From the IMG/VR virus record IMGVR_UViG_2645727640_000023: a stretch of 27,591 bases of DNA. One strand, given 5' to 3'. Below are positions 20,311-26,550 of this stretch, piece after piece. Position numbers and translations under genes: made by a program. Within the stretch, counting starts at the first letter, position 1, and every line of letters starts with the position of its first letter. The notes beneath the pieces are model-generated. The model saw only the letters and a program-made list of their open reading frames with translations, made no database searches and was not told where the DNA came from. The DNA comes from a virus (lineage: Duplodnaviria; Heunggongvirae; Uroviricota; Caudoviricetes).

Positions 20311-20504
20311 TATTCTGCTCCACGGCACCAGTGGCAGTAGTTCGCCATCGGCTGCTGTCTCAGCACATCAGGCCGCAGCTCACGACCGCAACCGGCACAC
20401 AATACAGGCGGGTCATACGCCGCCGGGCGGGGAATATCACGGGTATCCCCCTGCCAGAGTTCAGCGAGCAGCAGCGCCACCGCCCGGTTCTGGTCTTCGT
20501 TCAT
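20310..20504 (-). CDS. Small zinc-ribbon protein (Mu gp24-like)
   Basis: ORF track 64 aa with C-x2-C ... C-x2-C (CAGCGRE...CHWC); AAGGAAAG Shine-Dalgarno upstream of ATG 20504. Confidence 0.7.
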   Translation of the reverse strand: MNEDQNRAVALLLAELWQGDTRDIPRPAAYDPPVLCAGCGRELRPDVLRQQPMANYCHWCRGAE

Positions 20505-20802
20505 AAATTTCTTTCCTTCGGGTCTCCTGTTCCCGGACTGATGCCTTGTCGCGGTTGCACTGCCCGAGCGCCATCAACAGGTCAGCATTCCAGAGAAGGG
20601 ATGCTCCCCACGTCAGGGGCTGTGGCATGGGCGGAACGGGCGTTGCTTCCGTCAGTTCTGCATCAGTTTCGGGCAGGATCACCACCGATGGCACGGGTGC
20701 GTTTTTCGAGTTCCCGCAACCTGTCAGCAGCAACGGCAGGCACAGGACGAGTGCTGCAATTGTCACCGGTAATGGCGGTTGTAATTTTTTGTTTTGCATC
20801 AT
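20461..20802 (-). CDS. Outer-membrane spanin (o-spanin lipoprotein) candidate, overlapping the i-spanin gene in another frame
   Basis: Internal ATG of ORF 20461-21009 at 20802 gives MMQNKKLQPPLPVTIAALVLCLPLLLTGCGNSKN...: signal peptide plus lipobox LLTGC, Pro-rich mature part, C-terminal Cys. The true 3' end is uncertain because the frame reads on into gp24. Confidence 0.6.
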   Translation of the reverse strand: MMQNKKLQPPLPVTIAALVLCLPLLLTGCGNSKNAPVPSVVILPETDAELTEATPVPPMPQPLTWGASLLWNADLLMALGQCNRDKASVREQETRRKEIYERRPEPGGGAAAR

Positions 20803-21049
20803 GATGTTCTGTCTCGTCTGCCAGCCGCGCGGCACGATTTGCGGCACGGATAGTGGAAAATACCTGCATCGTCTGTTCCTGACCGTGTAACAACCATTCA
20901 GCCGTGTTGCGGGCCTGTTGCTCCGTCTGTAATTCACGGCGCAGCGTCTGGTTATCGTGGCGGGTGCTGTCCAGCCTGTGCCACAACACCCCGGACAGAA
21001 CGGCGGCAAACACGGCTGCCAGCAGTAAACTTTTACTGGCGAAGGTCAT
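20663..21049 (-). CDS. Inner-membrane spanin (i-spanin, Rz-like) candidate
   Basis: ORF track 128 aa: N-terminal transmembrane segment (LLLAAVFAAVLSGVLW) followed by a charged coiled-coil region; immediately downstream of the endolysin gene. Confidence 0.7.
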   Translation of the reverse strand: MTFASKSLLLAAVFAAVLSGVLWHRLDSTRHDNQTLRRELQTEQQARNTAEWLLHGQEQTMQVFSTIRAANRAARLADETEHHDAKQKITTAITGDNCSTRPVPAVAADRLRELEKRTRAIGGDPARN

Positions 21050-21551
21050 CCGCCCCCCTGATATTCCAGATAGCCATTTCCACTTCGCGACGGTTCATCA
21101 GTCCTTTCCATTTATGGCCTGCGGCAAACACCCAGCGGGCCATCTGGTCACGCGCTCCGGCGTAATCACCGGCATTGAGTTTTTTCAGCAGCGTTGATTT
21201 ACTGAATGCGGTAACACCGGTGTTGAAAATAAACGTTGCCAGCGCCGTTTTCTGATATGGCGTCAGCGGCACCCTGACAAGACGATCGATTGCCGCATAA
21301 ACCGGTTTTAAATCACCGTCGAGAAGAGCCATACACTCCGCATGGCTGTAACGGCGCATTTCGATATCCGGCCCGGTATGTCCCACACAGACCGTAAGCA
21401 CACCGGCAATATCGCGGTAAGGCATATAAGCGATATTTTCCAGATGGATCAGAGACTGACGGGTCATTTCCTGATAACCACCCACACCGCCACCGGCAAT
21501 CGTTGCCGCCAGCAGTGCGGCTTTCAGTTTTTTGGGTATCCCCGCCATCAT
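21033..21551 (-). CDS. lys: Endolysin, lysozyme-like with N-terminal signal-anchor-release-type hydrophobic segment
   Basis: ORF track 172 aa (MMAGIPKKLKAALLAATIAGGGVGGYQEMTRQS...), the first gene after the C gene as in Mu. Confidence 0.85.
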   Translation of the reverse strand: MMAGIPKKLKAALLAATIAGGGVGGYQEMTRQSLIHLENIAYMPYRDIAGVLTVCVGHTGPDIEMRRYSHAECMALLDGDLKPVYAAIDRLVRVPLTPYQKTALATFIFNTGVTAFSKSTLLKKLNAGDYAGARDQMARWVFAAGHKWKGLMNRREVEMAIWNIRGADDLRQ

Positions 21552-21620
21552 GCTTCCCTGAAAAAATGCTCTGATGGCAGTCTAAAAAATCAGATGGCAG
21601 GTGCGGGATTATGGTGACAG
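21552..21620 (-). promoter_or_regulatory. Candidate C-dependent late promoter for lys (P_lys)
   Basis: Minus strand CCATAATCCCGCACC (plus 21593-21616), about 55 nt upstream of the lys ATG, shares CATAA(C/T)CCC and CCCGCACC with the region upstream of gene I. Confidence 0.5.
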
Positions 21621-21645
21621 GAAATAACCGGCAGGATGCCGGTTA
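21621..21645 (-). terminator. Hairpin terminator directly after the C gene
   Basis: Minus strand CCGGCA-TCC-TGCCGG followed by TTATTTCC; the plus strand also has a T-rich tail (TTATTTCT), so it could act in both directions. Confidence 0.5.
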
Positions 21646-22065
21646 TTTCTGGCTTTCAGGTGAGAACAGATCAGGCTGATGACGTCGTGTATGCAGCTTT
21701 CTCTGGCGGGCAATAATCTGGTAGATCTGCGGCTGGGACAGGCGATACTGGCGACGCAGTTCTTCCATGTTACGACCATTGAACTGGCAGTAAAGCAAAT
21801 CGTCGCGTAACGCGGTCAGGATCGTATCGCCGCAGGGGATGTAAAACTGCCGCCCGCCCAGAAAACAGGACAGGGCAACGGCCTGTTTACGGGCAAGCTC
21901 ACGGGGATTGCTGACGTTCTGGCGTTTCAGTTCGTTTTCCAGAACATCAATCAGATCAACCACCGAACGGGGCCAGCGTGATTCCAGTTCCGGGGCCGGG
22001 ATGTTATCAATATGTCCGATTAACTGGCGAATTGCCGGATCGTGTTCAAATAAATCATGCTGCAT
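21643..22065 (-). CDS. C: Late transcription activator C (Mor/C family)
   Basis: ORF track 140 aa with C-terminal helix-turn-helix; resembles the Mor ORF in this window (shared ...GG.QFYIP.G... / ...GGQVYIPRGQ... and ...FNGRN..EL...Y motifs); GGGGGAAAAT upstream of ATG; hairpin terminator right after the stop. Confidence 0.85.
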   Translation of the reverse strand: MQHDLFEHDPAIRQLIGHIDNIPAPELESRWPRSVVDLIDVLENELKRQNVSNPRELARKQAVALSCFLGGRQFYIPCGDTILTALRDDLLYCQFNGRNMEELRRQYRLSQPQIYQIIARQRKLHTRRHQPDLFSPESQK

Positions 22066-22077
22066 ATTTTCCCCCGG

Positions 22078-22197
22078 TTAACAGACAGAAAGATACACCA
22101 CGGCACTGATGGTTATCAGAACCACAAGGGCAATCACTTTTATCGCACTCATCAGCGTGGACGGCCCGAAACATTCATCACTGAATTTTCTGTACAT
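22078..22197 (-). CDS. 39-aa tail-anchored membrane peptide (holin-like accessory candidate)
   Basis: Not in the ORF track (under 60 aa). My translation: MYRKFSDECFGPSTLMSAIKVIALVVLITISAVVYLSVC; AAGGGG 6 nt upstream of ATG 22197; fills the gap between the membrane protein gene and C. Confidence 0.45.
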   Translation of the reverse strand: MYRKFSDECFGPSTLMSAIKVIALVVLITISAVVYLSVC

Positions 22198-22206
22198 GGT
22201 GCCCCT

Positions 22207-22569
22207 TTACCCGAACAGACGAGCGCGAAAACGAAAGGAGAGCCAGAACGTCAGCAATCCGGCCAGCGCCCAGATGACATGCTCAGGACCCGTTTTCAGT
22301 TGAGACGTTGCCATCACGGCTAATCCCAGCCCGGACAGACTCCCCAGCCAGGTCAGAGGCCAGACGAACCGGGCAAAATGTTCAGGCACCCGGCAGCTCA
22401 TTATCAGCGCATCCAGACAATCAGCGGCAACACATAAAGCAACACTGAAAACCGAGGCACAGCAAAACATCAGCGCGCGCCAGCCACAAAACAGACTTAT
22501 CCACAATAACAGCGCCAGTAATACCACCGATAAAAAATCAGGCCACTGACGAGCAGAACGCTCAGACAT
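22207..22569 (-). CDS. Multi-pass small membrane protein (holin/lysis-regulator candidate)
   Basis: ORF track 137 aa; preferred ATG at 22569 (MSERSARQWPDF...) has GGGAGA 7 nt upstream; at least three hydrophobic segments. Confidence 0.65.
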   Translation of the reverse strand: MSERSARQWPDFLSVVLLALLLWISLFCGWRALMFCCASVFSVALCVAADCLDALIMSCRVPEHFARFVWPLTWLGSLSGLGLAVMATSQLKTGPEHVIWALAGLLTFWLSFRFRARLFG

Positions 22570-22780
22570 AATGTTTCTCCCTGTAAAGCAGGCAATGATG
22601 AAGAATTTCCGGCATATCAACTGACTGCCAGCCTTTCATGTAATAACTGCCGTGGGTGCCATCATGACCGGTATAGTCGCGGGGCGCAGGCCGTGGCCCA
22701 CCGGCGACACGGTGCAAAACCTCCTGACGCAGCCGCTCACGTCTGCCAAGATGAAAGGATGCATTCCAGCCTTTACCCAT
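22562..22780 (-). CDS. Possible first ORF of the middle operon (72 aa), doubtful
   Basis: ORF track 72 aa in the mor-C interval; begins only about 50 nt after the terminator palindrome, so it may be promoter/leader sequence rather than a gene. Confidence 0.25.
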   Translation of the reverse strand: MGKGWNASFHLGRRERLRQEVLHRVAGGPRPAPRDYTGHDGTHGSYYMKGWQSVDMPEILHHCLLYREKHYV

Positions 22781-22857
22781 GATGATTTCCCCCGGTACGG
22801 TTATTCATCACAGGATATTGAGGACGTAAAAAAAGCCGGATTAACCGGCTTTACTGT
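22781..22857 (-). promoter_or_regulatory. Expected location of the Mor-dependent middle promoter Pm
   Basis: In Mu, Mor activates Pm upstream of C. This is the only sizeable noncoding stretch between mor and C, and the C-distal hairpin at 21628-21642 would end a transcript of about 1.2 kb. The -10 element is not clearly assignable. Confidence 0.4.
22825..22855 (-). terminator. Intrinsic terminator palindrome immediately downstream of mor (early-transcript terminator); may double as an activator-binding dyad for the middle promoter
   Basis: Minus strand reads AAAGCCGG-TTAAT-CCGGCTTT followed by TTTTTTT-ACG; an 8-bp perfect stem with a U-tract, beginning 3 nt after the mor stop. Confidence 0.6.
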
Positions 22858-23247
22858 TTACAGAAGTGAGGGCTGGTACTGGCGGTATTTCAGCCGTCGC
22901 ATCCGGCGAATGGCCTTGTAAACCGTATTGAAAGTGACACCATAACGGGTGGTCAGTTCGCTGACGTTGCGACCGTTAAAATCATTCCAGATACGCAAAT
23001 CCCGAATCAGCGAGTCCAGAACCTGACCGCGTGGAATGTAGACCTGACCGCCGCCCAGATGCTTACAGATAGCCACAACAATCTCCAGTGAATGGGCAGG
23101 ATCAACACCCAGCCGGGACAATTCCCCGCGCAGTAAATCGTTCAGCTCCGCCAGCAGTGCCGGAAAGCGTGACGTATCCTCTGCGGGATTGTCAAGATGT
23201 GCCAGGATGGTGTCATCCTGCAAATCACCAAATAAATCTTCCGTCAT
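22858..23247 (-). CDS. mor: Middle operon regulator Mor (Mor/C family transcription activator)
   Basis: ORF track 129 aa (MTEDLFGDLQDDTILAHLDNPAEDTSRF...GGGQVYIPRGQVLDSLIRDLRIWNDFNGRNVSELTTRYGV...); paralogous to the C ORF; ATGA junction with gemA; strong terminator palindrome directly downstream. Confidence 0.9.
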   Translation of the reverse strand: MTEDLFGDLQDDTILAHLDNPAEDTSRFPALLAELNDLLRGELSRLGVDPAHSLEIVVAICKHLGGGQVYIPRGQVLDSLIRDLRIWNDFNGRNVSELTTRYGVTFNTVYKAIRRMRRLKYRQYQPSLL

Positions 23248-23795
23248 TGTGCCATCCTCCGTGTCTTTCTGGCATGGGCATAAGCCGCCGTCATGGCATC
23301 ATAGCCGCGCAGTTCACGCCCGGACGGACTGACTGGCAACGGAAGCCCGTGACGGGAAAAGGCTTCACGAATACAGCGGATATGCCACTGCTTGAGAGTT
23401 TCGAGAACAATCAACAGGGTGTCGCCATGACACCACGCCAGCGTGGAAACACCCTGTCCGCCATTACGTTTCGCCGTCAGGCGCTGAACATATTTATCCA
23501 GCGCCACATCACCGCCATCGGTAATAAAACCGTCTTCTGCCATCTGCTGCCAGACTTTGTATACCTTCTCGCGGGGCGTGACATGCCCCTTAAAGCGGCG
23601 ACGTGGATGTTTATTCAGCTTCTTAAAGCCGCGTTCTTTCATGGCATCGAGCACCTGTTCCAGTTGCGTAACCGTCAGCTCGCGGCAACTGATTTTGCCC
23701 GTTTTCTGCATCAGAAAAGCTCGGTAAGTGTCGTCGTCGAGTTGTAGCTCCCGACGGGCGACATGGATTAATTTAATCAGGGATGTGCGATTCAT
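23244..23795 (-). CDS. gemA: GemA-like early protein (Mu gp16 family)
   Basis: ORF track 183 aa (MNRTSLIKLIHVARRELQLDDDTYRAFLMQKTGKISCRELT...); immediately upstream of mor as in Mu. Confidence 0.85.
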   Translation of the reverse strand: MNRTSLIKLIHVARRELQLDDDTYRAFLMQKTGKISCRELTVTQLEQVLDAMKERGFKKLNKHPRRRFKGHVTPREKVYKVWQQMAEDGFITDGGDVALDKYVQRLTAKRNGGQGVSTLAWCHGDTLLIVLETLKQWHIRCIREAFSRHGLPLPVSPSGRELRGYDAMTAAYAHARKTRRMAQ

Positions 23796-23813
23796 GATCG
23801 TACCTCCGGAAAG

Positions 23814-23835
23814 AGGCGGTGCTGCAACACCGCCT
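23814..23835 (-). other. Hairpin in the gap between the opposite-strand ORF and gemA
   Basis: AGGCGGTG-CTGCAA-CACCGCCT (8-bp stem), 18 nt upstream of the gemA start codon and 29 nt upstream of the plus-strand ORF start. Confidence 0.3.
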
Positions 23836-23864
23836 GAATTTACACATCAATCAGAGAGGATTTT

Positions 23865-24131
23865 ATGGAAAATAATGTACAACCTTATGATGTTGCAGGT
23901 TATGCGATTGCATCAGCACTGGTGCGCCTTCTGGTGAAGAAGGCGATCATCACCGCAGAAGAGGGCCAGGCCATTTTCAGCTCTTCAGCAGAGATTTTAA
24001 AAGATGCGCCTGCAATAAGAACAAGCCGCCGCGAAAACATGCAACTGTCAAAGATCATGGAAGACATTATCAGTTCGTTAGACCCAGATGCTGACGGATC
24101 TCAAAAGCCTCAAACACATGAGCGTCAGTAA
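23865..24131 (+). CDS. Opposite-strand hypothetical protein (88 aa)
   Basis: ORF track 88 aa; GAGAGGA 5 nt upstream of ATG 23865; G-initial codon bias typical of real genes; occupies an otherwise empty 274-nt minus-strand gap; 3' end overlaps the 3' end of the convergent 100-aa gene by 62 nt. Confidence 0.45.
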   Translation: MENNVQPYDVAGYAIASALVRLLVKKAIITAEEGQAIFSSSAEILKDAPAIRTSRRENMQLSKIMEDIISSLDPDADGSQKPQTHERQ

Positions 24132-24372
24132 CAATATCCTGGTCTGATAACCCCAGCCTGCGGCGGATGTACTCCTCGCGGGCTGTTTCATTTTGCAGTG
24201 CCACTACTGTTTCCAGACGATTCATTTCGCGGTTGATAATGTCACGGACTTCTCTGGCGGTGAGATTATGCTTAATACCATATTCAACGATAGCGCGAAC
24301 ACGTTCCAGCATCCCTTTTTCAGCCATGACGTTATCAATATTAAGGGGAGTAAATTTATCTTCATTGTTCAT
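24070..24372 (-). CDS. Hypothetical early protein (100 aa)
   Basis: ORF track; ATGA junction with the upstream gene at 24369-24372; predicted helical, no motif I recognise. Confidence 0.65.
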   Translation of the reverse strand: MNNEDKFTPLNIDNVMAEKGMLERVRAIVEYGIKHNLTAREVRDIINREMNRLETVVALQNETAREEYIRRRLGLSDQDIVTDAHVFEAFEIRQHLGLTN

Positions 24373-24692
24373 TTTGCGGCCCTCAGAATAAATTCAGGAT
24401 AAAATTTCAGACTCATTTGCCGTAACACATCCAGTGCAGCAACGGCTGCTGATTTATCGTTGCCATCAGCAATAGCGCGGAGATTTTCAATAATCCAGTG
24501 AGGACTCAGTGACTCAGCAATAATGCCAAACCGGTACGCCATGACCTCATCAATAGCTTTTTCATGAGACGTCTCATATACAAAATTCACAAAGTCATGC
24601 ACTTCTTTTTTCGGCAAACCACCGGCAATCAGCAGGGCGGCAAGCTCTTCTGATTTTGAAAATACACCATTATTCATATCACTCACCTTCAC
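24369..24692 (-). CDS. Hypothetical early protein (107 aa)
   Basis: ORF track; overlaps the upstream zinc-ribbon gene by 14 nt. Confidence 0.65.
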   Translation of the reverse strand: MKVSDMNNGVFSKSEELAALLIAGGLPKKEVHDFVNFVYETSHEKAIDEVMAYRFGIIAESLSPHWIIENLRAIADGNDKSAAVAALDVLRQMSLKFYPEFILRAAK

Positions 24693-24861
24693 AATTCATG
24701 CACGCCGTGTCATCGCCCATATCACAGTGGTTGCATTTCTGCCCGCCACAATGAGGGCACTCTTTCAGATATTCAGGGGATTCATTACCGCAGGTCGGGC
24801 ATTCCTGTTTCACCGTGGTAAATTTCCCCAGCCACGAATACGATGTTTCACTGTTTTCCAT
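24679..24861 (-). CDS. Eight-cysteine zinc-ribbon protein (60 aa)
   Basis: ORF track: four CxxC pairs (CPTCG...CPHCGGQKCNHC...CMNCEGE); overlaps both neighbours by 14 nt. Confidence 0.65.
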   Translation of the reverse strand: MENSETSYSWLGKFTTVKQECPTCGNESPEYLKECPHCGGQKCNHCDMGDDTACMNCEGE

Positions 24862-25378
24862 TAGTTACCTCCGCCTGTTTTTGCGCCCGGATAAATTCGT
24901 CAGAAAGGATTTCAGTCATGCGGCCTTGCGCGGGTGTCATCCCCGTCATGACGTAAATCACATCACCAACACGGAACCACTGGAGCGGCCCGAATATTGT
25001 TGCGCTGAAATCCAGTCCCAGTGCGGGTAAAAGAGCGTCTGTGCGGGCGTAAGTGACCGGAATATTCTCCTGCCATATTTTCGCCAGCTCTCTTGCCTGC
25101 CCCCTGAGATGAGCAGGTATCCGCGAAGTTCTGGGCCTGCAACTGTTACCTGATGCGGGCCGTTGTACGGTCCACAGCTCCCGCGAGAAGGGGCGCTCAT
25201 TCCCCGGAAAATTCACACCATGAAAATGACGCCCACCAATACCTGTACTGAATACTGACCGGCAACCACAGTCCAGAACCTTATCAAGATGGCGGGCTTC
25301 TTCGCGTAGTTTCAGGCAGTCCGCCATAAACTGGTCCCATGCCAGCAGTGCTGTGGGATTTGACGTTTTAAAAAACAT
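24848..25378 (-). CDS. Hypothetical early protein (about 176 aa)
   Basis: ORF track 189 aa from 25417; I prefer ATG 25378 (MFFKTSNPTALLAWDQF...), which forms an ATGA junction with the upstream gene's stop. Confidence 0.65.
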   Translation of the reverse strand: MFFKTSNPTALLAWDQFMADCLKLREEARHLDKVLDCGCRSVFSTGIGGRHFHGVNFPGNERPFSRELWTVQRPASGNSCRPRTSRIPAHLRGQARELAKIWQENIPVTYARTDALLPALGLDFSATIFGPLQWFRVGDVIYVMTGMTPAQGRMTEILSDEFIRAQKQAEVTNGKQ

Positions 25379-25908
25379 CACGCCACCTCCTGCACCGCTG
25401 CGGGAGCCGGAGAACAATCAAGAATGAGATAACGCAGTACATGGTCGGTGATATTCCAGGCGCTGGAACTGCAAATAAAACGCCCCAGCCGGATATCGAT
25501 ATAAGCCATCACAAAACGGGGCATTCCCTGTTCGCACATTCTGTTGTCCACTTCTGCAACGATGTGAACGGATTCACAGGTCAGCACGCCTGTTGCAAAT
25601 TCTTTTGCCAGTGCCGGAATGGCATTGCCTTCCAGCCAGGGCAATGGGCGGCGGAAGGAACACCACGCGGCATCATCAACAGCAGACTGCTCAGTTGCGT
25701 TTCGTCTTACAGGCTGCTCTGTACGGGGACGCGGTACGTCGTAAAAACCATTAAGTTCAGTCAGCATTCCGGCATCAACCGCATCACGCAGGAAGTACAC
25801 CATTGCGGAGGATGGCATCTGCATTTTTTCAGCCAGAACCCCGCAGGTCAGGCGTCCGTAAGCCCGTAATAATGTGCTGACACCATTCAGAATTTTTGCA
25901 TCAACCAT
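25378..25908 (-). CDS. Hypothetical early protein with N-terminal winged-helix-like segment (176 aa)
   Basis: ORF track; GAGGAA Shine-Dalgarno upstream of ATG 25908; first gene after gam. Confidence 0.65.
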   Translation of the reverse strand: MVDAKILNGVSTLLRAYGRLTCGVLAEKMQMPSSAMVYFLRDAVDAGMLTELNGFYDVPRPRTEQPVRRNATEQSAVDDAAWCSFRRPLPWLEGNAIPALAKEFATGVLTCESVHIVAEVDNRMCEQGMPRFVMAYIDIRLGRFICSSSAWNITDHVLRYLILDCSPAPAAVQEVA

Positions 25909-26006
25909 GTTTTATTCCTCAGTAATCTGTTTCAGGCGCGAGCAATCCCCTGACGCATCGCGCCATAATTAAAAGAATGTGAATTAATTAAATATTAATG
26001 GTGGTA

Positions 26007-26531
26007 TTAAATACCTGCTTCCTGTTCAAACGGAATAATGGAAAAATCTTCAATTCCCGATTTAACCGTAATTCCGGCAACACCTGCGACGGCTTTTGGT
26101 TCCAGTAAAATCGCCTCCTTGTTGATTTCCTGCTTCGTGCGAATAAAGCGTTGCAGGCCAAGACGCTCCAGCGTTTCCATTACGGCATCCACGCCGCGAA
26201 TACTCACTGATGGCGGGCGTTGACGCCATGACACATCGCCGGTGACAAGATTTGCCGTCTTCACTTTGCCGCCGTTCGTCAGTTCGTCGCGGTTCGCTTC
26301 ACACCATCCCTGAACGCCTTTTGAAAGGGTTTCAATATCGGTTTTAATCGGTGCAATCCGGGCCGCAAATTTCTCCGTAATTTCCGCGATGGCATCATTC
26401 ATTTCCGTTTCCAGACGTGATGCTTCGCGCTGTAAATCCCCGATGCGTTTAATATCGGTAATCACCGCATCGCGGTTTTGTGGCACATAAGCCGCTGCGG
26501 CACTTTTGATGCGTTTTGCTGGTTTAGCCAT
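26007..26531 (-). CDS. gam: Host-nuclease inhibitor Gam (DNA-end-binding, Ku-like)
   Basis: ORF track 174 aa (MAKPAKRIKSAAAAYVPQNRDAVITDIKRIGDLQREASRLETEMNDAIAEITEKF...), which I recognise as essentially the phage Mu Gam sequence. Confidence 0.92.
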   Translation of the reverse strand: MAKPAKRIKSAAAAYVPQNRDAVITDIKRIGDLQREASRLETEMNDAIAEITEKFAARIAPIKTDIETLSKGVQGWCEANRDELTNGGKVKTANLVTGDVSWRQRPPSVSIRGVDAVMETLERLGLQRFIRTKQEINKEAILLEPKAVAGVAGITVKSGIEDFSIIPFEQEAGI

Positions 26532-26550
26532 AAATTAAAGCTCCTGTTAA

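Noticed and set aside
22652-22921. 89-aa plus-strand ORF in the mor-C interval
   Set aside because: It overlaps the mor 3' end and the terminator palindrome on the wrong strand and has no ribosome-binding site; most likely a chance open frame in a regulatory region.
25935-25964. GC hairpin after gam as an intrinsic terminator
   Set aside because: The loop is 16 nt and there is no U-tract after the stem on the transcribed strand, so it does not look like a rho-independent terminator. It is kept only as an unexplained structured element.
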